Shown one piece after another: positions 30,903 through 43,440 of a stretch of DNA of 64,000 nucleotides; the stretch's first letter is position 1, and each line of letters opens with the position of its first letter. The DNA lies in contig CAVPNL010000005.1 of the NCBI GenBank assembly GCA_963706575.1, positions 192,001 to 256,000 on the forward strand, written 5' to 3'. Under the pieces are notes generated by a model. That model made no database searches, was not told the origin of the DNA, and saw nothing but the letters and a program-made list of their open reading frames with translations. The translations under genes were made by a program, and so were the position numbers. This DNA is from an uncultured delta proteobacterium. Its GTDB lineage: Bacteria > Desulfobacterota > Desulfobacteria > Desulfobacterales > JAHEIW01.

Positions 30903-32204
30903 ATGGCCGACATGCAGGAAATTGCAAAGCTGATGCGGGAGCTTGAAGATCAGCTGGTGGTTTGCATGCGCTGCGGGTTGTGCCAGGCAGCCTGCCCGGT
31001 TTTTGAGCAAACCGGCCGGGAAGCCGATGTGGCCCGCGGCAAGCTGGCTTTGCTGGACGGACTGATGCAGGAAATGTTCAGCGATCCCCGGGGTGTATAC
31101 GAGCGCCTCAACCGCTGCCTGCTGTGTGGCTCCTGCGCGGCTAACTGCCCCAGCGGCGTTGACGTATTAGAGATTTTTATGAAAGCGCGTGCCATTCTCA
31201 CCGGCTATATGGGGCTCTCAGCGGCGAAAAAATTACTTCTAAGAGGCATGCTGGTACACCCGAAAACGTTTGACCGTCTGGCGCAATGGGGCGCCAGGTT
31301 TCAACAGATCTTTACCCGACCCGTCAATGATCTTTTGGGCACGTCTTGCGCCCGGTTTGTTTCGCCGTTGCTTTCCGAAAGACATTTTGTGCCCCTTGCC
31401 AAAACAGCATTTCACACGAAAATGCCCTCTCTCAGCACGGATGCGGGAGCATCCGGAATAAAAGTGGCCTTTTTTGTCGGCTGTCTTATCGATAAAATTT
31501 TTCCGCAGGTCGCTGAGGCGACTCTTCAGGTATTGAAGCACCATGGGGTGGGGATCTACCTGCCGGAGGCGCAGGGATGCTGCGGGATACCAGCGGCGTC
31601 ATCCGGTGATACAGCGACTTTCAAACGCCTGGTTCAATACAACCTTGAAATATTTGAAGCCGAAAAATTTGATTATCTGGTGACGGCGTGTGCCACCTGC
31701 ACCTCGACCATAAAAGAGATGTGGCCCGTGCTTATTGCAAAAGAGCCGGGGGAGGTCGTTGCCCGTGCAAAACGAATTTCTGCAAAGACGCTTGATATCC
31801 ACCAGTTTTTAGTCGCTAAAGTGGGGCTTAAAAGGATTTATCAGACAAAAACCGAAAATCCCGTAGGTGTGACTTATCACGACCCCTGTCATCTGAAAAA
31901 GGCACTGGGCGTAGCCGCTGAGCCCAGAGCCGTTCTTGAAGCCAACCCGGGCTACGATCTGAAGGAAATGCATCAACCGGATGCGTGCTGCGGAATGGGA
32001 GGAAGTTTTAACCTGCAGTATTACGAGATCTCTTCTGAAATCGGGAGGCTAAAGCGCGACAATATAAAAGCCTCCGGCTGTGAAGTGGTTGCCACCGGCT
32101 GCCCTGCCTGCATGCTCCAGATATCAGATGTTCTTTCACGCTCAAAAGATCGCGTCGCCGTCAAACATCCGATCGAAATTTATGCCGAAGCGTTAACGCA
32201 ATAG
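30903..32204 (+). CDS. glcF: Glycolate / D-lactate oxidase Fe-S subunit
   Basis: Two CxxCxxCxxxCP motifs plus two CCG domains. Confidence 0.9.
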   Translation: MADMQEIAKLMRELEDQLVVCMRCGLCQAACPVFEQTGREADVARGKLALLDGLMQEMFSDPRGVYERLNRCLLCGSCAANCPSGVDVLEIFMKARAILTGYMGLSAAKKLLLRGMLVHPKTFDRLAQWGARFQQIFTRPVNDLLGTSCARFVSPLLSERHFVPLAKTAFHTKMPSLSTDAGASGIKVAFFVGCLIDKIFPQVAEATLQVLKHHGVGIYLPEAQGCCGIPAASSGDTATFKRLVQYNLEIFEAEKFDYLVTACATCTSTIKEMWPVLIAKEPGEVVARAKRISAKTLDIHQFLVAKVGLKRIYQTKTENPVGVTYHDPCHLKKALGVAAEPRAVLEANPGYDLKEMHQPDACCGMGGSFNLQYYEISSEIGRLKRDNIKASGCEVVATGCPACMLQISDVLSRSKDRVAVKHPIEIYAEALTQ

Positions 32205-32245
32205 AACCTATCTCAAACAATATTTACATCCCCTTCAGATATTCT

Positions 32246-32482
32246 ATGTTTGCCAGCGCTTTATACTTTGGATTTAAAAAAGAAAAAGATTTCTTTATAG
32301 CGACTCCTGAGAAAGCGCTCCTGGACGCATTTTATCTGATTTCTTACGGTCGTTATGCACTTGACATTTCAGCGGTGGATGCAGAGAAACTTGACGGAGA
32401 GGAGATCAGGCGCCTGAGCAAAGAATTCCCTCTTAAAACAAAGAACATGTTAAAAGAGTATGGATATCTTAAGAAAACATGA
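32246..32482 (+). pseudogene. 5'-truncated type IV TA antitoxin (AbiEi-like C-terminal part)
   Basis: LYFGF...IATPEKALLDAFY C-terminal motif only; no N-terminal wHTH; overlaps the toxin start. Confidence 0.7.
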
Positions 32483-33120
32483 AATGTTTGAAATAGAAGT
32501 TTTGGACAAAATGAACAGTGCCAAAGTTGGAACCTCTTGTCTTCGGCGGCGGAACGATGCTGAGGCTCTGCCATGAGCTAGATCGTTATTCAGTCGATCT
32601 TGATTTTTGGTTTATCAAAAGGATATCGCAGAATACATACTTCGAAAGAATTCGAAGGGCCTTTGAGAAAGACTATGAGATCACCGATTCCCAGATGAAA
32701 CACTACACACTCTTATTCGAATTACGGTCTGCCTTATACCCAAAGCGGCTAAAAATTGAAATACGAAGAGAGAGGAAAGACTGCGATTTTCAGGAAAAGA
32801 TCGCCTTTTCCAGGTTCAGCACAAAACAGGTCCTTCTAAAGGCCCACACCCTGAATCAAACGATGAAAAACAAATTCGACGCATTCCTTGATCGTGGAGA
32901 GATCAGGGACTGTTTCGACATTGAGTTTCTGCTTCGGAGAGGAGTTGAGCTGCCTGCCCTTACCAGAAGGCAATCCAACGAGTTTCAGAAGAAGCTTGCA
33001 CAATTTAAAGAAAGAGATTTCAAGGTTAAGCTTGGATCCATCCTTGAGAATGAGATCCGAAAATATTATGTGGAACAGAGATTTGGCTATCTTCAGGAAA
33101 AGCTCGCTTCAATGCGATGA
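32460..33120 (+). CDS. AbiEii/AbiGii family nucleotidyltransferase toxin; indel near 32525
   Basis: FGGGTMLRL, RYSVDLDF, K..A...R...RDCFD motifs; N-terminus MDILRKHE from 32460 lies in another frame. Confidence 0.85.
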
Positions 33121-33163
33121 CAACCTTTACCTTTGTTAATACTTAAATTAAAGGATAGACATC

Positions 33164-33472
33164 ATGGAAGACATTCATACAATTTTCAGCCAGTTTAAAA
33201 GCGAATTTCCCGAAATCCACCAAAAACATGAAGCATTGGGAAAAGCAGTTCATGAAAAGGGCGGGCCTTTGTCTGAAAAAAGTCGCTGGTTAATAAAAAT
33301 TGCGATTTCGGCGGCTTGCAACCACAAGCGCGCTCTGGAGACGCATCTTCAAAAAGCCAGGGCCGCGGGTATTGACGAAGATGAAATTAAACATGCCTTA
33401 TTGCTGCTGATCCCGACGGCCGGCTTCCCGGCCTTTATGAAGTCCTATGCGGTGTTAAAAAGCATTAAATAA
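33164..33472 (+). CDS. Carboxymuconolactone decarboxylase / AhpD-like family protein
   Basis: GPLSEKSRWLIKIAI, H..KARAAG.DEDEIKH and TAGFP motifs. Confidence 0.88.
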   Translation: MEDIHTIFSQFKSEFPEIHQKHEALGKAVHEKGGPLSEKSRWLIKIAISAACNHKRALETHLQKARAAGIDEDEIKHALLLLIPTAGFPAFMKSYAVLKSIK

Positions 33473-33563
33473 TGTGGCATTTCTGTCTTCCGTCAGTTGC
33501 CGTTTGAACATTGATATTGTGCAACGGACGACGCACAACACATCACAGGCGCTATGTTTAAGG

Positions 33564-34927
33564 GTGAAAAAGGTGAAACCGACTAAAAAACAGGGTATCG
33601 GAGATTTGATTTCCGGTTTTTTTTCTTTCATCCGGGTTGATATCTGGCGGATTCGATTGGCCGATCTGCCTTTCGGCAAATCCTTTCTGATTCGGCAATT
33701 GCGTATAATTATTCTGGCATTTCGCGGCTATGATGAAGACCGCTGTTTGATACGAGCATCTTCTTTGACGTTTTATACACTGCTTTCAATCGTTCCGGTC
33801 GCCGCCATGTTCTTCGGGGTCGCCAAGGGTTTCGGCTTCGAAAAGGCTTCTGGAAAAAGAATTTTTCAACCGATTTGCCGGCCAGGAAGAGATTTTAAGT
33901 CAGGTACTTTCTTTTTCGAATTCACTCTTGAGCAGACCCGGGGCGGTCTCCTCGCCGGCATCGGTCTGCTGCTTCTTTTCTGGTCGGTTCTTAAGGTCCT
34001 GGGCATATTGAAATGGCCTTAAATGACATCTGGGGAATAAAGAAAGCCGCAGCTGGGGCAGAAAATTTAGCGACTATCTTTCGATTATGCTGATCAGCCC
34101 GATTCTGGTGCTGATGAGCGGCAGTGCAACGGTTTTTATTACAACCCAGGTCACGCAGATTACCCAGAAAATAGAATTGCTGGGGTTCATCAGCCCGTTG
34201 ATATCTTTTTTGCTGAAGTTCATACCCTATATTTTGATCTGGGCCTTGTTTACGATTCTCTATATTATTATGCCCAATACCAAAGTCAAATTTAAGGCCG
34301 GCCTGCTCGGAGGGGTGGTTGCCGGGACGCTTTACCAAATTGTCCAGGGGGCGTATATTAGTTTTCAAATCGGTGTGGCAAAATACAACGCCATTTACGG
34401 AAGCTTTGCCGCCCTGCCGCTTTTTTTGATGTGGCTTCAAATTAGCTGGTGGATTGTCCTCTTCGGCGCCGAATTGTCTTTTGCCAATCAAAATGTGGAT
34501 ACCTATGAGTATGAGCCGGACTGTCTTAAGGTCAGTCCGGGCTTTAAGAAATTACTGGCGCTGCAAATTGCCCATCTGTTGATCAAAAAATTCGAGAATG
34601 GCGACAGGCCTCTCAGCGATTCACAGATTTCAACGCAGCTTGAGATGCCGATTCGCCTGGTGCATAATATTTTATTCGATTTGGTCGAAAGCGGCCTGGT
34701 GTCAGAAATCAAGCACAAAGGCCGATAAGGAATTCGCCTATCAACCCGCCCGCGACATCAATAAGATGACCATTCAATGCGTTCTGGAAGCGCTTGATCA
34801 AAAGGGGACCGACGATATACCGGTTGCCAAGACCGAGGATTATCAGGCGCTGTCCGATGCGCTGCAGGACTTCAGCGAAGCTATGGAGAGATCGCCGGCC
34901 AATAAGCTCCTCAAGGATTATAGATGA
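33564..34927 (+). CDS. YihY/BrkB family membrane protein with C-terminal wHTH; several indels
   Basis: ASSLTFYTLLSIVP, AFNDIWG, YIIMPNTKV and YGSFAALP..L.WLQISW motifs across frames. Confidence 0.85.
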
Positions 34928-34964
34928 GAGTTGAGCTGGAGGTTTTAATTTCAGATATGGATTT

Positions 34965-35948
34965 TTATTCCGTAAGACTGAGCTGACCGGCAAAGAAACA
35001 GGCAACAAAATGCTTATTTCGAATTTCCCTGAATTCCGGTTCCCTTTTACTGCAAATATCTTTGGCAAAAAGGCAACGCGGGTGAAAGCTGCAGCCCGGC
35101 GGGGGATCGATGGGGCTGGGGACATCGCCTTTTAGAATTATCCTTTCATTACCTTTGAGAGCAGGGTCTGGAACAGGTACAGCTGAAAGCAGCGCCTGGG
35201 TATAGGGGTGTAGCGGGTCTGGTAGAGGGCTTTGTTTGGCGCAAACTCCACGATTTTGCCCAGGTACATGACGGCCACGCGGTCACTTATATGTTCCACC
35301 ACACTTAAATCATGGGAAATGAAAAGATAGGTCAGTCCGAAATCATTTTGCAGATCTTTCAGTAGATTAATGACCTGGGCCTGGATGGAAACGTCCAGCG
35401 CGGACACCGCCTCATCACAGACGATCAGTTTGGGGTTAAGCGCCAAAGCACGGGCCACACCGATTCGTTGCCGCTGACCACCGGAGAATTGGTGGGGATA
35501 GCGACGCATGTGCTCCTTGCGCAGGCCTACCACCCGCAGTAAGTCGAGCACCCTTTCGTCTCTTTTCTTTCTGCTTCTCATCCCGTGGACGAGCAGAGGC
35601 TCACCAATGATGTGCGATACGGTTTTGCGGGGGTTGAGGGAAGAGAAAGGATCCTGGAAGATGATCTGCATCTTTTCGCGCAGATGCCTGCATCTTTTTC
35701 TTATCATAGCCCAGAATGCTTTCACCTTCGAAAAAGATTTCACCGGAAGTGGGCTCTTCCAGGCGTAGGATCGCTCTTCCGAATGTTGTCTTGCCGCAGC
35801 CGGATTCTCCCACCAGACCGACGGTTTCGCCCTCATCAATGGTCAGACTGACACCATCAACGGCTTTAACCGCGGCGATTTCCTTCATAAAAACACCGCC
35901 TTTGATGGGGAAATACTTAACAATATTTCTGGCTTCAAGCAGGGATGT

Positions 35949-35956
<8 letters not shown>
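34965..35956 (-). CDS. dppF: Dipeptide/oligopeptide ABC ATP-binding protein; several indels
   Basis: [25 protein letters not shown] and [11 protein letters not shown] motifs across frames. Confidence 0.88.
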
Positions 35957-36926
<970 letters not shown>

Positions 36927-36937
36927 AAAGCCTGATT

Positions 36938-37832
36938 TTAATCCCTGAGCCTGGGGTCCAGAGCGTCTCTTAAGCCGTCACCTAGGAGGTTGAAGCCCAG
37001 CACTGCGAAAAGAATTGCCAATCCGGGAAATGTCATTACCCATGAGGCCCGCAGGATCAACGCGCGGCTTTTGGCAATCATGGCGCCCCATTCCGGTGTG
37101 GGCGGTTGGGCGCCCAATCCCAAAAAACTCAAGGCCGCCATATCCAGGATGGCCGATGCAAATCCCAGGGTGGTCTGGACGATTAAGGGGCCGAGGCAGT
37201 TGGGTAAAATGGCAATAAAAATAATGCGAAAATCACGTGGCGCCGATGGCCCGGGCGGCACTGACATAGTCTTTCTCACATTCTTCCAGCACGCTGCCGC
37301 GCACAATGCGGGCAAACCGCGGCATATAGGTGATTGCGATGGCAATCATGGCGTTTTGCAGACTGGGCCCCAGGTAGGCCACTACCACAATGGCCAGCAG
37401 AATGTAGGGAAAGGCCAGGATAATATCCATAAAACGCATGATGATGCTGTCCCTGAACCCTTTGTAATAGCCGGAGATGCAGCCCAGCAGGGTGCCGCAG
37501 AAAAATGCCAGACCGACGCTGAAGACCGCCACAACCAATGAGACCCGCGCACCGTAAATCAGGCGCGAGAGGATATCCCGTCCCAGGTCATCGGTGCCCA
37601 GGATATTTTTCCAGGTGCCGGTCGCATGCCACACCGGCGGTTTGAGCTGATCGTAAAGGGATGTTTCAATCGGATTGTGAGGGCTCAGATAAGGGGCAAA
37701 GATGGCACTCAGGATAAAAATCGTTATGATTACCAGACCCAGCACGGCGGTTTTGTTGCGCCACAGCTGGCTGAGCTGGTCAAAAAACGGGTGTCGGTCT
37801 TCCGGATTTTTTTTTGGTTTTTCGTTTTTCAT
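36938..37832 (-). CDS. dppC: Dipeptide ABC permease; indel near 37240
   Basis: LGTDDLGRD, EAA-loop and LSFLGLGAQPPTPEWG motifs. Confidence 0.92.
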
Positions 37833-37839
37833 ATTAATT

Positions 37840-37914
37840 GTGTTTAGTATTTAGTGTTTGGAAGTTTGACTGCGAATGGCGAAACACCAAACACCAAACA
37901 CGAAACACAAATAC
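37840..37914. repeat. Inverted heptamer array inside the dpp operon
   Basis: GTGTTTA GTATTTA GTGTTTG ... AAACACC AAACACC AAACACG. Confidence 0.75.
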
Positions 37915-37918
37915 CATG

Positions 37919-38923
37919 TTATTTCACACTTATTCTGGGGTTGATAATGGCATACAGTACATCCACGCAAAGGTTGATAATGACAAAGATCGTGGCGATG
38001 AACAGGGTGCCGCTGCGGATGACCATGTAATCGCGCTGCATCACGGCGTCATACATCCATTTGCCCACACCGGGCCAGGCAAAGATCGTTTCCGTCAGAA
38101 TTGCCCCACCCAGCAGTACGCCGAATTGAAGACCGATGGTGGTGACCACCGGAATCAACGCATTGCGCAAGGCGTGCTTGAAAATGACGTTAAACTGTGA
38201 AAGTCCCTTGGCTTTAGCGGTTTTGATGTAATCCTGGCGCAGCACCTCCAGCATCGAAGAGCGGGTCATGCGGGCGACAATGGCCGTCGGAATCGTGCTG
38301 AGGGTAACCGCCGGCATGATGATGTGCCAGAGCGCATCTCTGAGTGCCGCCCAGTTGCGGGTCAGCAACGCATCCAGGATATAGAAGTTGGTGATGACCT
38401 CAAGATCAATACCCACACTCAATCTGCCGGACATGGGCAGCCAGCCCAGATTCAAGGAAAATATGAGCATAAATACCAGTCCCAGCCAGAAAATGGGCAT
38501 ACTGACCCCTGCCAGGGCTCCGAGCATGCTGAGGTAGTCAAATATGGAGTACTGTTTGGTGGCTGATATAATGCCGAGAATCATGCCGGCAAAACAACTG
38601 ATGAATAAGGCCACAATGGAGAGCTCGATGGTGGCCGGAAAGCGCTGCTTGATCTCGATCCAGACTTGCTGGCGCGTCCAGATGGTTTCTCCCAGATCGC
38701 CCTTCATCAATTGTTTTAGAAACAGACCGTATTGAACATACAGCGGTTTGTTGAGCCCCAGATGCTCGCGTATTTCCTGCAGGGCTTCTTCCGAGGCCCT
38801 CTCTCCCATGAGCAGTTCAGCCGGATCGCCCGGCGTAAAGTGCAGCATGAGAAACACGAGGATGGATACGCCCAGCAGGGTGGGGATCAGTACGAATATT
38901 CTGCGGATGATATAAGCCAGCAT
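37919..38923 (-). CDS. dppB: Dipeptide ABC permease
   Basis: PGDP, FPATIEL, DYIKTAKAKG and ETIFAWPG motifs. Confidence 0.94.
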   Translation of the reverse strand: MLAYIIRRIFVLIPTLLGVSILVFLMLHFTPGDPAELLMGERASEEALQEIREHLGLNKPLYVQYGLFLKQLMKGDLGETIWTRQQVWIEIKQRFPATIELSIVALFISCFAGMILGIISATKQYSIFDYLSMLGALAGVSMPIFWLGLVFMLIFSLNLGWLPMSGRLSVGIDLEVITNFYILDALLTRNWAALRDALWHIIMPAVTLSTIPTAIVARMTRSSMLEVLRQDYIKTAKAKGLSQFNVIFKHALRNALIPVVTTIGLQFGVLLGGAILTETIFAWPGVGKWMYDAVMQRDYMVIRSGTLFIATIFVIINLCVDVLYAIINPRISVK

Positions 38924-39060
38924 TGAGAGTTATGATATTGAATGGTTTATGTCGGGCTTGCTGCAATAATCGTTTAATGCCGGTTTTTATTCATGTCTGA
39001 ATGGTATCTTGCTACCCGATGAAGCTTAATTCTCTATACTAAATAACTCCGGCTGTAAAC

Positions 39061-39095
39061 AAAAAAGGGAAAGAGGAACTCCCTCTTTCCCTTTT
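39061..39095 (-). terminator. Hairpin after dppA
   Basis: AAAAGGGAAAGAGG / CCTCTTTCCCTTTT stem with T run on the minus strand. Confidence 0.75.
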
Positions 39096-39122
39096 CTCAA
39101 ATAGCTGGATAATGGATATCTT

Positions 39123-40802
39123 TTACTTCAACGAGACATTTTTCAACCGGACGGATCCGGTTGGATGCAATTTGAAGTCCGTGACATTATTCAATGCCGG
39201 CCAAATTTGTGTTGAGTGGGCCACACTGATCACCGGGACTTCGTCATAGATAAGCTGTAGAGCCTTTTTATAGATCTCGGTTCGTTTGGCCTGATCAACG
39301 GTCTGTTTACCCTGCTGCATCAAATTGTGGTATTCTTCGTTCTGCCATTGGGTTCTGACTGAAGACGATGCCAGACCATCGAAGAGGACGGCCAGGAAGT
39401 TGTCCGGATCGCCGTTGTCGCCGGTCCAGCCCAGCTGAAACAGATCCATATCTTCCGGTTGTTCGCGCTGGCGCTTCAGATAGGTTCCCCACTCGTAGCT
39501 GACGATCCGGGAATTGATGCCGACTTTGGCCAGATCAGCGGACATGGCCACCCCAATTTTTAACCCATCGGGGTTATAGGGTCTGGGAACCGGCATGGAC
39601 CACAGGGTAATTTCCGGCAACCCCTTGCCGTCCGGGAATCCGGCTTCGGCCAGTTCGGCTTTGGCCATTTCCAGATCGTAGTCAAATCCGGGTACTTGCT
39701 CGTTGTAGCCCCACATGGTGGGCGGAATCGGGTTTTTGGCGACCTGCCCCATACCCTGGTAGAGGTTGTCAACAATGGCCTTGCGGTTGATGGCATGGGC
39801 AATGGCCTTGCGCAGATGCAGATTGCTCTTCCAGGGCTCCTTGGTGTGGTTAAAAGACAGGTAGCCGATGTTCATGCCGGGCTGTTCGATGAGTTTGATG
39901 TTTGGGTCCTTTCGGGCCAGTTCAATATCGGCCGGGTTGGGGAACTGGCAGATGTGGATACTGCCGGCTTTGAGCTCCAGAAAACGCACCGAATTTTCCG
40001 GGATGGAACGAAATACGACCTTGTCCAGGTAGGGGCCGCCGGATTTATCCCAGTAGTCCGTATTTTTGGCCAGGATGATACGATCGTCTTTGACCCATTT
40101 TACAAATTTAAACGGGCCGGTGCCAACGGGGTTGCGCAGGAACTCTTTGGGATTTTTCATAAAGGCCGTCGGGCTGATGATGTCGGCAAAGTCCATGCCC
40201 ATGTTGGCCAGAAACGGTGCCTCGACTCTTTTGAGATTGAAGACCACCGTATACTCGTCGGTGGCTTCGATGGAGCCAATGGTATCATCCATTTCCATGG
40301 AAACCCAGTATTCGGGCGTACGCTCCTGGGCCGGAATATCCCAGCCCTTGCCGAAGAATTTGACCTTGCGATCTTTCATCATGCGGCCGATGGAGAAAAC
40401 CACGGCATCGGCGTTAAACGGTGTTCCATCGTGGAACTTAACCCCTTTTCGTAAATGGAAGGTGTACGTTTTGCCATCCGGCGTAATGTCCCAGGATTCG
40501 GCCAGCCCGGGCTCCAGTGCGGTTGACTCGTCGGCATAAAATACCAGCGCCTCAAAGACGTTGTCGCACACCATGAAAGAGTTGCCGTCCGTTTCATAGG
40601 CCGGATCGAGCCCGACACTGTCGCCGCCGCGGCCAAAAACCAGCGTGCCTTTATCCACAGCCGGTTCAGCTTCGGCTTTCTTCTCAGGTTCAGCGACTTT
40701 GGCGACCTCTTTTTTTTCGCCACAGCCGGAAATTGAAAAGATGATCAGTAAACATGCCACCCCTACCAACCAAAATTTAATTAATGATTTACCCCTTCTC
40801 AT
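39123..40802 (-). CDS. dppA: Dipeptide ABC substrate-binding lipoprotein (family 5)
   Basis: Lipobox ISGC; LRKGVKFHDG, PVGTGPF, RPYNP and GWTGDNGDPDNF motifs. Confidence 0.93.
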   Translation of the reverse strand: MRRGKSLIKFWLVGVACLLIIFSISGCGEKKEVAKVAEPEKKAEAEPAVDKGTLVFGRGGDSVGLDPAYETDGNSFMVCDNVFEALVFYADESTALEPGLAESWDITPDGKTYTFHLRKGVKFHDGTPFNADAVVFSIGRMMKDRKVKFFGKGWDIPAQERTPEYWVSMEMDDTIGSIEATDEYTVVFNLKRVEAPFLANMGMDFADIISPTAFMKNPKEFLRNPVGTGPFKFVKWVKDDRIILAKNTDYWDKSGGPYLDKVVFRSIPENSVRFLELKAGSIHICQFPNPADIELARKDPNIKLIEQPGMNIGYLSFNHTKEPWKSNLHLRKAIAHAINRKAIVDNLYQGMGQVAKNPIPPTMWGYNEQVPGFDYDLEMAKAELAEAGFPDGKGLPEITLWSMPVPRPYNPDGLKIGVAMSADLAKVGINSRIVSYEWGTYLKRQREQPEDMDLFQLGWTGDNGDPDNFLAVLFDGLASSSVRTQWQNEEYHNLMQQGKQTVDQAKRTEIYKKALQLIYDEVPVISVAHSTQIWPALNNVTDFKLHPTGSVRLKNVSLK

Positions 40803-40934
40803 TTTTGCCTCCTTGATAAAAAATAAGTGCTTCTGTTAAATGTTTCAAGAAAAGCCTGTAGCCCCTTTATGGTTGCTACAATTAATATCAAATGTCATGG
40901 GTTTGTCAAAAAAACGATGTGTTTCACTGATCCA

Positions 40935-41400
40935 TGGATATTACACCAAATCTTTCTCCTGATAATTTTGGTACTATTGCCGTCAATTCAGCTATCCTGC
41001 ACATCGCTGGGATTAAAACCGTTTCCTGGACAGACCTGCCGACATACCGATCTCGAATACTTGTCAACAGGGCTATGAGGTGGTTCCTTCACCTTACGGA
41101 CCTCTCCCTTCCATATATTTCGGATAAAGGACCACAATCGCGATCTTCGGCCCAGTATATCCGCGAAGAATGGTCAGGACATCGATATCATTGAATATAA
41201 AATGCTAAAGAAAACGACGGCACCTCGGATCGGCAACCTTATCTGGTATTTATTGATGATGACTTTGATGGTATAGCCGAACAGGCTTTTCTTGGATTCG
41301 GATTTGGACGGCTCATTGAATAAGATTTACGACATTGCATTAGAAGGTTTAATCATGAACAAGATTACATTCAAGAAGTTTATGCCCCTGCAGCGGAAAC
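40935..41400 (+). pseudogene. Fragmented hypothetical lipoprotein-like gene
   Basis: Hydrophobic stretch ending in QLSC, then segments YEVVPSPYGPLP, FIDDDFDG and LDSDLDG in changing frames. Confidence 0.3.
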
Positions 41401-41547
41401 CACCCTGTAGAATTACGTCACAAAAGCCCCGATCTAATCTGAACCTGAAATCGGGCAGTGCAGTGCCGGCCCAAACAAAACCGATTAAAAGGCACCTATT
41501 CTTGCGGAACTTATATCCTGCCTTCTTTAATTAATCCGGTGAGGGCT

Positions 41548-41959
41548 TCATAGCTTTTCGCCCAGCCCGATGACATCATCATTTGAAAACCCCAGACGTT
41601 CATAAACGAAAATCACCGCCGGTTTGAAGGTGCGGACCTGCAAATTGATTTTGGGGCAACCCCTTTTTTTAAGCGCCGACTCGGTTTTCTCGGTCATGCG
41701 GCGGCCGATTTTCTGCCGCTGATAATCCGGATCCACGGCCAGATGATAGATCCAGCCGCGGTGCCCGTCATAGCCGGTCATAACCGTTGCCGACGATACG
41801 ACCGCTGACGGTGCCCGACGAACAGTAGGTTTGAAACTTGCGTTTCATTTCGATATCTTTTTTTGGTTCATTTTGCGGGACCACCAGGTTGCAGCAATGC
41901 CATAACTCAATGACCGCGGATCCGTCAGAAGCCTGATAGGATCGAATCTTAAATTCCAC
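41548..41959 (-). CDS. GNAT acetyltransferase (YpeA-like); frameshifted
   Basis: GYDGHRGWIYHLAVDPDYQRQKIG and GCPKINLQVR motifs. Confidence 0.85.
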
Positions 41960-42221
41960 ATTCGATCGGCGCCGGCAGATCCTCTTTTTTTTGAAAGGAG
42001 TTATATTCCGGTGTTACAATGAGATTTTCTTTTTTATCGATGATATCGGGTTGGTAAACGTTTTCAGCCCAATCATCCGGTTCCACTTCCTCAAAGGCCA
42101 CCGATACGGATTTCTCCTGGCATCCCGCAATTTCGACAACGCTCTTTACGATTTTACGTGCCAGCTGTTTTTTTTGTTCCACGGATCTTCCGGGGTAGAG
42201 TTTTACGATGACGTGCGGCAT
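41949..42221 (-). CDS. 4-oxalocrotonate tautomerase family protein
   Basis: Catalytic Pro after Met; GRSVEQKKQLA and SVSVAFEEV motifs. Confidence 0.9.
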   Translation of the reverse strand: MPHVIVKLYPGRSVEQKKQLARKIVKSVVEIAGCQEKSVSVAFEEVEPDDWAENVYQPDIIDKKENLIVTPEYNSFQKKEDLPAPIECGI

Positions 42222-42352
42222 GCGATAAATCCTTCCGTCGGTTAAGCCCGTTGCCCGTTTAGCGCCTTGTCCTGTTGTGGTTAAGTAAAGTATACCTTAT
42301 TCCTTTTTTAACGGGCACAACCGCCTGCGGCGGGCCAACCGGATTACGAGAT

Positions 42353-43439
42353 CTAAGCTTTAGGCACTATCGCCTGTGATCTATTGATAAAGGCGCCCAA
42401 CAAGTCATAGAGTTTATAAAGACTGTCGATATTGATGTGTTCATCAGCAGAATGTTGGCTCATATCACCATCAGCTCCCCAGACAATGCCTTTGATGCCA
42501 TGGGCGGATAAAAAGCGGGCGTCACTGGCGCCATGCTCAAAACCGACTTCGCTGTCCTTTGCGATTTCCAGCAGCAGGTCCAGATAGGGGGAGTCACCGC
42601 CTTCAAACAGCGGCTCTTTTTTCTCGACCACCAGTTCTCCCTTAATTTCCTTCTGGATGTTTTTAAAAAGTGCTTCCAGGTCGTCGTTTTCCGTGTAGCG
42701 GATATCGAACAGGGCTTCGGCATAATCCGGGACCTGGTTGGAGACCTTGCCGGCCTGAATCCAGCTGAAATTTAAGGTGCGGTGCCAGTGATCCGGATCC
42801 GAAAGCTCAAAATTTGTCTTCAGCACCTGATAATCGTTGATGAGGTTTTCAATGGCATTCTCTCCCAGCCAGGGTCTTGCGCCGTGAGCGGTCTTGCCTC
42901 TGGCAATCAGCTTTAATTTAACAATGCCTTTTTCTTTGATAACAATTTTGTTTAGACCGCCGCCGTCTAAAGCAATACAAAACTCAGCTTTGATTTCTTT
43001 TAGCGCTTTCTGAGCCGTTAGCACCGCCGATCTCTTCATCAGCCGTGATGATAATACCGAAGGGCAGATCCTTCTGGTCTTTGCCTTCTTTTTGCAGTTG
43101 CTGCAGGTAGTTTTTTACGAAAACCAGGGATAAGGCAGCTGCATACTTGTCGTCGATGCTACCGCGGCCATACAGGGCGTCGCCCTTTACCCGGGGATTA
43201 AACAGGTCATCAGGGCCGTCGACCACATCGATATGGGACATCAGCAAGATGGGAGCAAAGTTACTTTGCGGCATAACGATAACAGACGGAATGTCAGCAT
43301 GATCCAGCCGCCTGTAAGTGGCACCGCACTGCTTTAAATAATCTTCAATAAACGACACACAGCGCTGAATTTCAGCAGGCTGAGAATGCATGGTTTTAAA
43401 GCGAATGAGATCCTCTGTCAACGTGACGAGTTCTTCCAT
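42353..43439 (-). CDS. M20 family metallopeptidase (ArgE/DapE-like); indel near 43020
   Basis: SHIDVV, GRGSIDDK, ADEEIGG, ASDARF and QHSADE motifs. Confidence 0.9.
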
Positions 43440-43440
43440 T

